DNA of 64,000 nt from an uncultured Gammaproteobacteria bacterium (GCA_964510885.1 CAZEDL010000001.1:684-64683); one strand, 5' to 3'; positions 27,960 to 37,827 are shown, numbered from the stretch's first letter. A program made the numbers and translations. Notes: generated from the sequence alone by a model not told the origin.

Positions 27960-28015
27960 CGACCTCAGGGCCGGTGATTTAGCGGATGAATACAAAACCA
28001 CCGGCCCTGAGGTCG
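27960..28015. terminator. 17-bp perfect inverted repeat hairpin between convergent genes (GC-rich, no U-tract)
   Basis: cgacctcagggccggtg-N21-caccggccctgaggtcg. Confidence 0.45.
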
Positions 28016-28041
28016 GTGGTTGGTTACTTTAGTTCCAGAAT

Positions 28042-28431
28042 TTATTGTTTGATTTCGGTATAAATATGTCCGCCAAGTTTTGCTATCACCATCACGCTGA
28101 GCACGATGAGCAACCAAATATCGATTGGTTTATGCTGCCACGACTGAGTGATAATAGCCGCCAGAATTGTACCAATCCCAGCCAAAAAAGCGATTCGTCC
28201 GGCCATAAAACTGTGTAGTGCTTCGCGTTCATCGGTAGCCTTTTCATGCCATACAAAACTGGCTAAGACTGCAAATACTACTAGTGTAATCAGACCAAGT
28301 GACATCACTGCCATCGGTGGCATGAAACCGAATGGCTCTAAGAATAAAGTCAGCAAAGCGATCAGAAGTACGGAGACTATAATTTCTTTGGCAAAAGATT
28401 TATTTTTCATACCGCAGAATAAAAATATCAT
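28042..28431 (-). CDS. small 3-4 TM membrane protein co-transcribed with XRE regulator
   Basis: Hydrophobic 129-aa ORF overlapping the 3' end of the XRE gene. Confidence 0.45.
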   Translation of the reverse strand: MIFLFCGMKNKSFAKEIIVSVLLIALLTLFLEPFGFMPPMAVMSLGLITLVVFAVLASFVWHEKATDEREALHSFMAGRIAFLAGIGTILAAIITQSWQHKPIDIWLLIVLSVMVIAKLGGHIYTEIKQ

Positions 28432-28615
28432 CTACATTTTTTTTGAAAAACGTAGCCAATTTAAGAGCCAAGGTAACTGATGGTGTATAATTACCCTTCT
28501 CAATAGCGATGATAGTTTGTCTGGTTACGCCAACTGCTTTTCCCAAATCTTCTTGAGTCATCTCAGCGACAGCGCGTAGTTCATTAACACGATTAGTCAG
28601 GTTTTCTTTCATATG
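28400..28615 (-). CDS. XRE-family helix-turn-helix transcriptional regulator (71 aa)
   Basis: MTQEDLGKAVGVTRQTIIAIEKGNYTPSVTLALKLA is a canonical Cro/C1 HTH; start set at MKENLT. Confidence 0.8.
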   Translation of the reverse strand, partial: HMKENLTNRVNELRAVAEMTQEDLGKAVGVTRQTIIAIEKGNYTPSVTLALKLATFFKKNVDDIFILRYEK

Positions 28616-28856
28616 GACACGACTGTAGCATAGTGATATATAAATGTCAAGAAAAGTATACATGTTGCTGTATTAGGAGCATTGAAGAGCATGTGACGGA
28701 TTTTTTTGGCTATATTTGCTTACTAGACTTGACAAAATTAGGTTATTATGCTAAGATAAGCTGTTTTTAATTCTGCCGCTCTGGCGGCTAGACTCGAACT
28801 TCTCTTGTCAGTGTCATGTATGTGGCCCTAGAAGAATCGGGTCACTAAGTATCTAT

Positions 28857-30128
28857 ATGACACAACCAACATCCGCCTCGCTTGGCACGTTTGCTGAGCT
28901 CGGCGTGGCTCCTAAATTATTGCAGATTTTAACGGCTGCAGGCTTCAACACCCCAACGCCAATTCAGCATAAATCCATCCCGATCGCCATTACCGGCAAA
29001 GACGTGGTGGGTATTGCGCAAACTGGTACCGGCAAGACTTTGGCCTTTGGTATTCCCATGATTCAGCGCTTGGCCGCCGTAAAAGGCCAAGGCTTAATTT
29101 TATTGCCGACGCGCGAACTGGCTCTTCAGGTAGATGAAACCTTTCAAAAGATCGGTCGTCAGATTGGCCTGCGCACCGCCGTACTTATTGGTGGTGCTCC
29201 TATGGGTCGGCAAATTCAAACCCTACGCCAGGGTGCCCATGTTATTATCGCCACCCCTGGCCGGTTAGTAGATTTTTTAGAGCAAAAAATGCTACGGCTT
29301 GATCAGATAAGCACCGTGGTGCTCGATGAAGCTGATCGTATGTTTGATATTGGTTTTGCCCCACAAATCAAACGAATCTTAAAGCTCGTTCCGACCGAAC
29401 GCCAAACCATGTTGTTTTCTGCCACCATGCCGCCGCCGATCGCAGCCATGGCCAGTGAATTTATGAAATTGCCGCTTCGTATCGAAGTAGCTCCGGCTGG
29501 CACCTCTTCAGAAAAAGTTGAGCAAGAAATTTTCATGGTTGCAAAAGAGCTTAAATTGCAACTCCTAGATAAAGTACTGACCGAGTATCAAGGGAGTGTG
29601 CTGGTTTTTTCTCGTACCAAATTCGCCGCCAAACGTATCGCGGCAGCTATTCGCCACTTCGGCCACACCGCCAGTGAAATTCATTCCAATCGTTCGCTCG
29701 CGCAGCGCAAAGAGGCGTTGTCTGGCTTCAAATCCGGTAAGTATCGGGTCTTAGTAGCTACGGATATTGCTGCTCGCGGCATCGATGTCACTGGCATCGA
29801 ACTCGTTATCAATTATGACCTGCCAGATAATTCCGAAGATTACGTACACCGCATCGGCCGTACTGGCCGCGCTGGCCGACCGGGCAAGGCGATGTCGTTT
29901 GCCACGCCCGATCAGCGTAATGATATCCGCGCTATCGAACGCTTAATCAGAAAGGCCATCCCGGTGAGCGCACTTCCAGCCCTGCCACCAGCGCGCAAAA
30001 CTCCAGCTCCGGTGCGACCCGCTGCGAGCCCTGAAGCGCACGGTGGCCGTCAACACTCTGCATCAGCTGCCCCCCGAGGCCAGTTTCACCCGCGCCAGCG
30101 CTCTCGCGGCGGACGGCGCCGGTTCTAA
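28857..30128 (+). CDS. DEAD-box ATP-dependent RNA helicase
   Basis: Q motif (FAELGVAP..TPTPIQ), AQTGTGKT, PTRELA, DEAD, SAT, HRIGRTGRAG; Arg/Gly-rich C-terminal tail. Confidence 0.9.
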   Translation: MTQPTSASLGTFAELGVAPKLLQILTAAGFNTPTPIQHKSIPIAITGKDVVGIAQTGTGKTLAFGIPMIQRLAAVKGQGLILLPTRELALQVDETFQKIGRQIGLRTAVLIGGAPMGRQIQTLRQGAHVIIATPGRLVDFLEQKMLRLDQISTVVLDEADRMFDIGFAPQIKRILKLVPTERQTMLFSATMPPPIAAMASEFMKLPLRIEVAPAGTSSEKVEQEIFMVAKELKLQLLDKVLTEYQGSVLVFSRTKFAAKRIAAAIRHFGHTASEIHSNRSLAQRKEALSGFKSGKYRVLVATDIAARGIDVTGIELVINYDLPDNSEDYVHRIGRTGRAGRPGKAMSFATPDQRNDIRAIERLIRKAIPVSALPALPPARKTPAPVRPAASPEAHGGRQHSASAAPRGQFHPRQRSRGGRRRF

Positions 30129-30178
30129 AAATTACTAATCTTTGTTAAAATAGATTCGTCCTAAGCGGATCTATTTTT

Positions 30179-31288
30179 ATGCTTATTCCAATTTTTAATG
30201 CCGGTGTTCAAAACTATCTATTTTTGGCTGTAGCGGCAATAGCCATTGCGGCAACCGTGCGCCGTAAAACCGAGCCAGATAAATTCTCAGTGGCAGTTAC
30301 TACCGAACTCAAGGGCGTCGCTATTTTATTGGTGGTTCTCTCTCATATTGGTTATTTTTTAGTAACTGACCATACGTTTTTGGCACCACTCTCCAATTAT
30401 GCCGGTGTCGGTGTCGATCTATTCTTGATCTTGTCGGGTTACGGGATTATGACTTCTGCCCTTCGCCACCCGCTCACGATTCAAGAGTTTTATAAAAAAC
30501 GACTCGGTAAAATCTGGCTCCCGGTGGCAGTGACCGTCCTGTTGTTTGTAGCCACTGAATACCTATTTCTCAATCGCATCTATCCGCTGCTGTTAACCGT
30601 TAAAAATCTACTGGGTTTTTTCCCATCGGCCGATCTCTATAACGATCTAAATTCGCCGCTCTGGTTCATTACACCGCTCCTGGTTCAATATATTCTTTTT
30701 CCCGTACTCTATTGGCGCCGCGTCCCCTGGCTTGCCCCCATTGTCCTCGCCGCCGGCAGTTTTATCGTGATGAACCAAGATCTCACGGCCCTAGTAGGGA
30801 TCACGCCCGGAGTCTACCATTTGTACAAATTACATTTTTTAGGGTTTTCAGCGGGGTTACTGCTAGCCTGCATAGCTCACTATGCCGCCCCGTTTCTCAG
30901 TTACCTACGATCACTCGGTTCGAATCACCCTCGCATCATCCGTCTGTGTCTGCTGCTACTTATTGGCCTGCCATTATTTTTTCTACTTACCTCCGGAGCG
31001 GTAGGCCGAGAGCCTCTGGTTGAACAGGCAGTGAGCTTGGTCACTGCGCTTTTGATCATTTTATTGTTTGTAATAAAAAAGACCGAAGCCAAGGTGCTCA
31101 CCCTGTTCGGTCAATATTCATTTGAAATTTATCTTTTGCACTGGCCGTTATTATACCGCTATCAAAGTCTGTATGAATTCCTACCGGCGGCAGCGGCTAC
31201 ACTTTTATATCTCAGTATTTTTATAACACTCGGATGGTTGTACCAAAAAGCTCTTACTGTTTCTCGGTCACGGAAGGTGTCGAGTTAG
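30179..31288 (+). CDS. acyltransferase family 3 membrane protein
   Basis: LKGVAILLVVLSHIGYF and 10-TM topology typical of PF01757. Confidence 0.7.
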   Translation: MLIPIFNAGVQNYLFLAVAAIAIAATVRRKTEPDKFSVAVTTELKGVAILLVVLSHIGYFLVTDHTFLAPLSNYAGVGVDLFLILSGYGIMTSALRHPLTIQEFYKKRLGKIWLPVAVTVLLFVATEYLFLNRIYPLLLTVKNLLGFFPSADLYNDLNSPLWFITPLLVQYILFPVLYWRRVPWLAPIVLAAGSFIVMNQDLTALVGITPGVYHLYKLHFLGFSAGLLLACIAHYAAPFLSYLRSLGSNHPRIIRLCLLLLIGLPLFFLLTSGAVGREPLVEQAVSLVTALLIILLFVIKKTEAKVLTLFGQYSFEIYLLHWPLLYRYQSLYEFLPAAAATLLYLSIFITLGWLYQKALTVSRSRKVSS

Positions 31289-31919
31289 CCCCTTCTAGGG
31301 CTGGGTTATTTTTACCACTGCTCCATTGCTGAAAAATATGCCAGGCCGGAGGCGCTACCGACACAAAGACAATGCCGAGAATAATATAGGATAAATAATG
31401 CTCCAAATTAGGAATCACACTTCCTAAAAAATAAGCCAGGAGCGGCAGACAGATTCCCCACACAAACCCGCCGATCACGTTATAGGTTAAAAATTGGCGA
31501 TAAGGCATTTTGCCAACTCCGGCCATAATCGGAGCAAAGGTGCGTACTACCGGCATAAAACGTGCCAAGACCAAGGTCTTGCCGCCATGTTTGTCGTAGA
31601 ATGCCTGTGTCCGGTCAACATTCCGGTGATCAAATACCAGCGAGTTTGGCCGAGAGAAAATTTTTGGCCCGAGCTTCCGGCCAATCCAGTAGCCGGCACT
31701 GTCACCACCCACCGCTGCGATGAAAATAATTAGGCATAGCAGCCGAATATCCAAATAATTTTGTGAGGCCAGAAAGCCGGCGGTAAATAGCAAACTGTCG
31801 CCTGGCAGCACCGCTCCAATTAATAATCCAGATTCGGCAAAGACAATGGCAAAAATACCAAAATAACTAGCTGATTTGATAAAGGTGATCAGGTCAATAT
31901 GAAAAAGGTGTTCCAGCAT
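31254..31919 (-). CDS. DedA/SNARE-associated family membrane protein
   Basis: FAESGLLIGAVLPGDSLLFTAGFLAS, PVVRTFAP.MAGV motifs. Confidence 0.8.
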   Translation of the reverse strand: MLEHLFHIDLITFIKSASYFGIFAIVFAESGLLIGAVLPGDSLLFTAGFLASQNYLDIRLLCLIIFIAAVGGDSAGYWIGRKLGPKIFSRPNSLVFDHRNVDRTQAFYDKHGGKTLVLARFMPVVRTFAPIMAGVGKMPYRQFLTYNVIGGFVWGICLPLLAYFLGSVIPNLEHYLSYIILGIVFVSVAPPAWHIFQQWSSGKNNPALEGANSTPSVTEKQ

Positions 31920-31936
31920 AACTGTAATATAAAAAA

Positions 31937-32563
31937 TTAACTATTGTTGCCGATACTGCGCGGAATAAAATAATATATCGGCAGGAAAAAAAAGATAACG
32001 AGCGAAATATAGGGATGAATAAAGGCGGTGGCTACCGACAGGCCATAGCCAATTACCGCCACTACCGAGCGCCTGAACTCTTGGCGCCGTATGGTGAGTG
32101 ACGCGGTGCCATAGGTCAAGTTTCCGGTAAAAAAGACATGATAAATCATCAGCGAAAAAGCTGCGGCCCCGAGCATCAGTACGAGTCCGTATAAAGCCAC
32201 CACCAGCGGCTGAGTGGGGTACTCGCCAATAAATTCAGTCACAAACGGAATCATGGCCAGCCAGAATAGCAGATGATTATTGTACCAAAGCAGTGCCCGG
32301 TCAGAATGCTTGATGCCGTGCATGAAATGGTGGTGGTTGACCCAAAAGATACACACTGTCACAAAACTGACCAAAAACCCGAGTAGTTTGGGAGCTAGTT
32401 GCACCAAAGCGCTAATTACTGCTTCATTTGACCAATTCGGCAGCACCGGCAGCTTGATCTCAAAGATCATCAGGGTCACAATGATTGCGATAACGCCATC
32501 GCTAAACGCTTCGATTCGGGTGGTAGCTGGGTTATCGTCAGATTTTATAGGGAGTAATTTCAT
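31937..32563 (-). CDS. DUF1211/TMEM175-family membrane protein (putative K+ channel)
   Basis: RIEAFSDGVIAIIVTLMI signature near the N-terminus, 6 TM. Confidence 0.7.
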   Translation of the reverse strand: MKLLPIKSDDNPATTRIEAFSDGVIAIIVTLMIFEIKLPVLPNWSNEAVISALVQLAPKLLGFLVSFVTVCIFWVNHHHFMHGIKHSDRALLWYNNHLLFWLAMIPFVTEFIGEYPTQPLVVALYGLVLMLGAAAFSLMIYHVFFTGNLTYGTASLTIRRQEFRRSVVAVIGYGLSVATAFIHPYISLVIFFFLPIYYFIPRSIGNNS

Positions 32564-32658
32564 ACTAAAAAGTAATGTATATACTACCTTAAAAGCAGTC
32601 TAGTTTCAATTAGTTTTCTCTTGCCGAGTTCTAAAAAAATCAGTATTCTACCGGCGTT

Positions 32659-33159
32659 ATGCAAGTACCCTATCGAAAACCTGGAAAATTCAGTAGCCTG
32701 AAGCCTGATCCGTTGTTAACTGAAGCTAAATTAACCGAGCTTACCCACCAACTGGCTCGCCTCAAAGAGGTGTCCCGCCCAGCTGCCGCGAGCGAAGTAA
32801 AACGCCTGGCTGAACTCGGTGATTTTTCCGAAAACGCCGAGTATCAATTGGCCAAAGGCCGTTTGCGGGGAATTAACAGCCGCATTATCAGCCTCGAAAG
32901 TCAGATCAATCATGCGCACATTATTCCTACTGCCACTTCAAATGATGTCGTGCAAATCGGTCACACCGTCACGGTCCGTCGTGACGGTAAAGATCTTAGA
33001 TATCGTATCCTTGGTTCATCCGAAACCAAGCCAGGCGCTGGTGTTATTTCCCACACCTCGCCAGTCGGAGCCGCCTTACTTGGTCGCGGAGTGGGGGAGG
33101 TGGTCGAGGTGTGTTTGGCCGATAAAACAGTGAACTACGAAATCATTGCTATTGGGTAA
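32659..33159 (+). CDS. greA: transcription elongation factor GreA
   Basis: N-terminal coiled-coil region plus C-terminal FKBP-like VQIGHTVTVR..RYRILGSSE...ISHTSPVGAALLGRGVGEVVEV. Confidence 0.75.
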   Translation: MQVPYRKPGKFSSLKPDPLLTEAKLTELTHQLARLKEVSRPAAASEVKRLAELGDFSENAEYQLAKGRLRGINSRIISLESQINHAHIIPTATSNDVVQIGHTVTVRRDGKDLRYRILGSSETKPGAGVISHTSPVGAALLGRGVGEVVEVCLADKTVNYEIIAIG

Positions 33160-33187
33160 GGAGTGCTTACCACTGCAAATTTTGTAG

Positions 33188-34192
33188 TTACGATGCTTTT
33201 ATATCTGCCAGTGCCTGTTGGAAGATTTCAATGTTTGCCTTTAATTTATGATTAGACACGGTTCCAGCAAAATGAGCCGCTTGCTCGCCAAGTGAAGTAA
33301 TAAGCTCGTCAAATAATCTGTCTTCAACTGATGAAAGAGTATCACTGGTATCTTTTGGCAGTGCTGCCAAGAGTTCTAATAGATCTTTTTTCTTCAAAGC
33401 AGCTACAAAAATAGGAATATTCTCCACTTGTCCCAGTCGAAGCCGTTCTTCTCCACCCTGCTGCTCAATCTCAAAACCGTAGGTTAGCGTGGCTCCGCCT
33501 CGGTCCATTATTTGTTTTTGTTTACGCGATTTCTTTTCTCGGGTTTCATCTGTTTTAGAAGTTCCACCTACCCCGCGCGTAGCTTCTTCGTGGACGGTGT
33601 ATTCGTCGATCGAACATAAGCGGGCCTTTGTGACGGTATCAAAAATATATCCGTCTGAGCTGTGTACAAGATCATCGATCTCTGACGACCTAACTACAAT
33701 ATAACGGTCCCCTAATTTTTTTTGGAGCAAAGCAGTTACCGCCATTTCACATACATTCGACAGACTATCTTTGCGTCGTTCCACACAAAAATTAAGCAAT
33801 TCAGCGTCATTTTCTGGTTCCCGATCACTATGAGCATCTCTAAAAGCTTGGGCTTGGAAGCGCTGTATCTCAGGGTTTCCAAGCAAATTTTGCTGCTGAA
33901 TTTCTTGAACTTTTTTAATATCATCAGCTACCGGAAGTCCAGCCGGCTCAAACGCGGTCATATCAAGCCTGCCGTCATCTCCAACTATTCGCGGGCCGCC
34001 AAGCTCCATAAAACGTTGGTTTGCTTCCTCGGCCATGCGTGCCATTGTAGCTTCGAGCCTCTGCCTGCCCTCTCGAATAATAGAAAATTCTGATCGAAGT
34101 TTTTCGGTTTTTTTAAATTGACCGAGATCAATACGGCGACCGGTTGGTCCGAGCCCTTCTGCAGAATGTTTACTTGGTGGTTTTTCTGTCAT
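33188..34192 (-). CDS. hypothetical charged 334-aa protein downstream of queC
   Basis: ORF only; highly charged, no recognised motif; 14-nt gap to queC stop. Confidence 0.5.
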   Translation of the reverse strand: MTEKPPSKHSAEGLGPTGRRIDLGQFKKTEKLRSEFSIIREGRQRLEATMARMAEEANQRFMELGGPRIVGDDGRLDMTAFEPAGLPVADDIKKVQEIQQQNLLGNPEIQRFQAQAFRDAHSDREPENDAELLNFCVERRKDSLSNVCEMAVTALLQKKLGDRYIVVRSSEIDDLVHSSDGYIFDTVTKARLCSIDEYTVHEEATRGVGGTSKTDETREKKSRKQKQIMDRGGATLTYGFEIEQQGGEERLRLGQVENIPIFVAALKKKDLLELLAALPKDTSDTLSSVEDRLFDELITSLGEQAAHFAGTVSNHKLKANIEIFQQALADIKAS

Positions 34193-34205
34193 AGAAACTA
34201 TAAAA

Positions 34206-34916
34206 TTATATATAACGAGTCGGGTCAGCTACCCCGCTATCATTAAATCCTTTTTGGCGCAGTAAACACGAATCGCAGTGCCCGCAGGCTCGCCCCGTTG
34301 TATCCGGGTCATAACAACTCAGTGTCAGGGAGTAGTCAACTCCAAGGGCAGTTCCTCGCTTTATAATTTCTGCTTTGGTAAGGGTAATAAGCGGTGTATG
34401 AATTTTTAGCGGCCGCTCTCCCTGTACCCCGGCCCGGGTAGCCAAATTTGCCATGGTTTCGTACGCTGCAATATACTCGGGTCGACAATCTGGGTAGCCG
34501 CTATAATCAAGCGCATTTACCCCAATAAAAATATCGCTCGCTCCAATTACTTCGGCATATGCCAAAGCCAGCGACAGAAAAATTGTGTTGCGAGCTGGTA
34601 CATAGGTAATCGGAATTTCACTTTCGCTTCGAGTAGATAACTCATCTTTAGGTACGCTAATATCACTTGTCAAAGCCGAGCCGCCAAATACTCTCAGGTC
34701 AATCGGCACTATCACGTGCCGCGTTACCGCTAGGGCCCCCGCTACTCGGGCAGCAGCATGTAATTCAACCTTATGGCGTTGACCATAATCAAAGCTAAGG
34801 GCGTACAGTTCGAAGCCTTCGTCTCTAGCAATCGCTGCAACAGTCGTTGAATCAAGGCCGCCACTCAGTAACACCACGGCCTTCGGATGAGTAGTCGCTA
34901 GGGTAGGGGAGGTCAT
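34206..34916 (-). CDS. queC: 7-cyano-7-deazaguanine synthase QueC
   Basis: [14 protein letters not shown]-loop, C-terminal zinc cluster [10 protein letters not shown]; start set at MTSPTLATT. Confidence 0.85.
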   Translation of the reverse strand: MTSPTLATTHPKAVVLLSGGLDSTTVAAIARDEGFELYALSFDYGQRHKVELHAAARVAGALAVTRHVIVPIDLRVFGGSALTSDISVPKDELSTRSESEIPITYVPARNTIFLSLALAYAEVIGASDIFIGVNALDYSGYPDCRPEYIAAYETMANLATRAGVQGERPLKIHTPLITLTKAEIIKRGTALGVDYSLTLSCYDPDTTGRACGHCDSCLLRQKGFNDSGVADPTRYI

Positions 34917-35164
34917 TTTTTCTCTACCACAATCGTACACTTGGCCACCAGCGCAGCCAGCGCCCCCACTGCTGCCAAAACCGGTGCTATTAAGGCTCCA
35001 ATCGCCCCGATAGTTACCGGAAACTCTAACAATACATCGTTTTTTTCATTCTTTATAATAATTTTTCGGGCGTTACCTTCTTTGATCAGTTCTTTAATTT
35101 TGCCAACTATCTGATCTCCCGATATGGTAAACTCTTCTTTTTTTGGGTCTTGACCATCTTCCAT
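34913..35164 (-). CDS. DUF4342 domain small protein
   Basis: [52 protein letters not shown] matches the recalled DUF4342 pattern. Confidence 0.5.
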   Translation of the reverse strand: MEDGQDPKKEEFTISGDQIVGKIKELIKEGNARKIIIKNEKNDVLLEFPVTIGAIGALIAPVLAAVGALAALVAKCTIVVEKK

Positions 35165-35174
35165 ATAGTTTAGA

Positions 35175-35777
35175 TTAATCAGCTAATAATTTTTGATAGG
35201 CCGGCCGAGCCATGACCTGCTCCATCCAGGCTCTAATATGCGGGTATGCCCCGAGATCATAATTAACAAACGCCGCACTCTTTACTACCGATATCCCCGT
35301 CAAATCAGCCAAGGTGAAGCGTTCAAGCACCATATATTCTTTATTTGATAGATGATCTTCAAGAACCTTCAAATAACGCGGTAATAATTCCTCGTGTGAA
35401 CGTTTGGTCGCTTCCGAATCAGGAAGTTTACGATACACTTGCATCACCAGCGGGTGGAATGCTTCATACAAATGAATCAAAAACCAGAAATTCCACTGAT
35501 TAACCTGTGCGTGCTCTTGCGCGGTGGTGCCAACCAGCCATACTCCCTCATATTTTTCCAGTAAGTAATAATTGATGGCCATCGATTCCCAGAGCACAAA
35601 CCCATCGTCCACCAGTGTCGGAATTTTTCCATTCGGATTAAGTTTTAAATACTCTGGCGTCTTGTTCTCTCCTTTAGCCATGTCGAGAATTTTGACTTCA
35701 TACGGCACCCCGAGTTCTTCCATTAGCCAAATACAACGAAACGCGCTCGATCGTTTAGATCCGTAAATAGTGATCAT
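35175..35777 (-). CDS. glutathione S-transferase
   Basis: N-terminal thioredoxin-like ITIYGSKRSSAFRCIWLMEELGVPYE...GKIPTLVDDGFVLWESMAI, C-terminal helical domain. Confidence 0.75.
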   Translation of the reverse strand: MITIYGSKRSSAFRCIWLMEELGVPYEVKILDMAKGENKTPEYLKLNPNGKIPTLVDDGFVLWESMAINYYLLEKYEGVWLVGTTAQEHAQVNQWNFWFLIHLYEAFHPLVMQVYRKLPDSEATKRSHEELLPRYLKVLEDHLSNKEYMVLERFTLADLTGISVVKSAAFVNYDLGAYPHIRAWMEQVMARPAYQKLLAD

Positions 35778-35797
35778 ACAAATTTTCTGAAAACTAG

Positions 35798-36574
35798 TTA
35801 ATTAATTTCGTAACGCAAGGTAACATTCACTACTACATCTTCCGAGCCGGCTGCAATAGTCGGTGCCGGGGCCACTGCCTTGGCTTCGTTCATCATAGCG
35901 CCTCCATAACTATCGCGGGCATAATAAGGGATCGGGCTGCTCCCGCCTTCTTCAATCGATAATAAGCGGCCGAGAGTAAAGCCGCCGGCTGTGGCAATTG
36001 CCTGAGCTTTGGCCTTAGCATCTTCAATCGCTTCGCCCCTGGCTTCATTCTGGATTTTTTTCGGATCATCAATCGTAAAGCGCAGATCAGATACGCTATT
36101 AACTCCGAGCTGAGCAACCCCCGACATGATCGTGCCAATTTTATTAAAGTCTCTCATTTTTAAGCCCACCTGTTGGCTTACGGTGTAGCCCACAATCCGT
36201 GGTGGCGGGCAGACGCCATTATTTTGGCAACCGCTATATTCGGTGCGGGGCTGCACGCTGTATTGTTGGGTCTTTATATCTTTTTCTTCGACCCCATTTT
36301 TTTTCAAGAAATCTATAGCGGCGTTCATTTTTTGGGTATTATTTTTTTGTAGATCCGTGATGTTCGTGCCGCCCTCAGTGATTACGCCAAAGCTAAATTC
36401 GCCTACATCAGGCACAGACACCACTTTGCCTTCACCGCTAGCCGAGAAACTGCGAAACGAGGTGGGTTCGATTGAGGTGCTGTAGGCTCTGACATATTGA
36501 TGTAAAATTCCTACCGTCATTAATACGGCAATAATTCCCACGATTCCCCAAGCATTTTTTATTTTTTCATTCAT
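35798..36574 (-). CDS. SIMPL/DUF541 domain secreted protein
   Basis: Signal anchor, SASGEGKVVSVPDVGEFSFGV ... VNVTLRYEI typical of SIMPL. Confidence 0.65.
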   Translation of the reverse strand: MNEKIKNAWGIVGIIAVLMTVGILHQYVRAYSTSIEPTSFRSFSASGEGKVVSVPDVGEFSFGVITEGGTNITDLQKNNTQKMNAAIDFLKKNGVEEKDIKTQQYSVQPRTEYSGCQNNGVCPPPRIVGYTVSQQVGLKMRDFNKIGTIMSGVAQLGVNSVSDLRFTIDDPKKIQNEARGEAIEDAKAKAQAIATAGGFTLGRLLSIEEGGSSPIPYYARDSYGGAMMNEAKAVAPAPTIAAGSEDVVVNVTLRYEIN

Positions 36575-36580
36575 ATAGTA

Positions 36581-36835
36581 CTAATTAGTTAATCGATTAG
36601 TTAAATTGCCCGACTGGGCTAAGGTATATAATTCATCGTAACCACCAATAAATTCATCGCCAATCAAAATCATTGGTACTGTGTGCCAGTTATATTTGTC
36701 GATTAATTCATCTCGCAGGTCCGGATTGCTGGCCAGATCTACTTCGGTATACTCAATCTTCATCTCGCTGAGGAGCTGTTTGGCTCGCCGGCAATATGCG
36801 CAACCAGGGGTAGAATAAATAGTGACAGGAAGCAT
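36581..36835 (-). CDS. glutaredoxin-like protein
   Basis: IYSTPGCAYCRRAK CxxC and TVPMILIGDEFIGGYDEL. Confidence 0.75.
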   Translation of the reverse strand: MLPVTIYSTPGCAYCRRAKQLLSEMKIEYTEVDLASNPDLRDELIDKYNWHTVPMILIGDEFIGGYDELYTLAQSGNLTNRLTN

Positions 36836-36881
36836 AGAAAATAATCTTATATCTTACTGCTAAATATACTACTCCCTCTGT

Positions 36882-37589
36882 CTATTTTGACAACCCGGCG
36901 CTAGTATTTTTTAATTTCTGCCAAAAATAGCGCCCGACCGTAATACCGACCACACTGCCAAAGAGCGCGCCCGCTACAAATTCCGATAGCCAGTGAATAC
37001 TCATGGAAATACCAAGTCCGATGTAAAAAGCGTAGATGAGTACCAGGATACGCAGAGCCTTTTTTTCAGGGAACAATACATACAAAGTTGTGGCCAGTGC
37101 AAAAGCCACCGTGGTATGCGATGACGGCCAACCCCAAAACACGCCTCCGCGCATAAAACCGAATTGAAAACCATGGCTAATATCTGTCAGGGCTCCGTCC
37201 GAAGTAATAATCGGGGGGATGCGCCCGGTAAAGGCCTTATACGTAAAAGAGAATAATAATCCGAGCGCTGCCGCCTGCCCGGCTGCTGCCGCAACTATAA
37301 GAGTACGCTGATTTTTTCTGATCACCGCCACGATCCATAGAATGATAGGTAGTAAAATAGGTAGAAAAAACCCTAGGATCACTGCCGGGAATAGTAATTT
37401 TTGTAATAGCGTACTATTAAAAAAGATAAAGTATTGCCAATCTAACCCTGAGTATACCAAGAGAGCAGTTGCGCCAATGGCTATCAGTTGTATCAATAAA
37501 AAATAGCCTTTGAAAAAAGTAGCAATAGTCTGTGGTAATCCTGAAAAAAATGGGGGATACCAGGGTAGTTTAGAAAAGTGTCCAGTCAT
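36882..37589 (-). CDS. PAP2-family phosphatase (membrane)
   Basis: KAFTGRIPP (KxxxxxxRP), GWPSSHTTVAFA (PSGH), SIHWLSEFVAG (SRxxxxxHxxxD-like). Confidence 0.75.
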   Translation of the reverse strand: MTGHFSKLPWYPPFFSGLPQTIATFFKGYFLLIQLIAIGATALLVYSGLDWQYFIFFNSTLLQKLLFPAVILGFFLPILLPIILWIVAVIRKNQRTLIVAAAAGQAAALGLLFSFTYKAFTGRIPPIITSDGALTDISHGFQFGFMRGGVFWGWPSSHTTVAFALATTLYVLFPEKKALRILVLIYAFYIGLGISMSIHWLSEFVAGALFGSVVGITVGRYFWQKLKNTSAGLSK

Positions 37590-37676
37590 AGGGTAAAAGT
37601 AACTCTAGTAGCCTCCATTTTATCACAGATATTTAAAAGCACTAACCACATGTATTCATTCGGGAATTACCCACTT

Positions 37677-37827
37677 TGTCATCCTGAGTAAAACGAAGGA
37701 TCTCTGTCTTAATTATTTACATAATCACCGGACAGAGATTCTTCGCTACCGCTCAGAATGACAAATTGATTTTAGAATGGTCTGTGACTAGATTCCCGCC
37801 GGAGTTTACCCCCATCTTAGGCGGGGC
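37677..37827. repeat. composite palindromic repeat element (TGTCATCCTGAG...CTCAGAATGACA plus GATTCCCGCC...GGCGGGAATGACAG)
   Basis: 30-nt imperfect arms gtcatcctgagtaaaacgaaggatctctgtc / gacagagattcttcgctaccgctcagaatgac; second hairpin attcccgcc...ggcgggaat; same family as 15894-15977 and 55085-55192. Confidence 0.55.
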
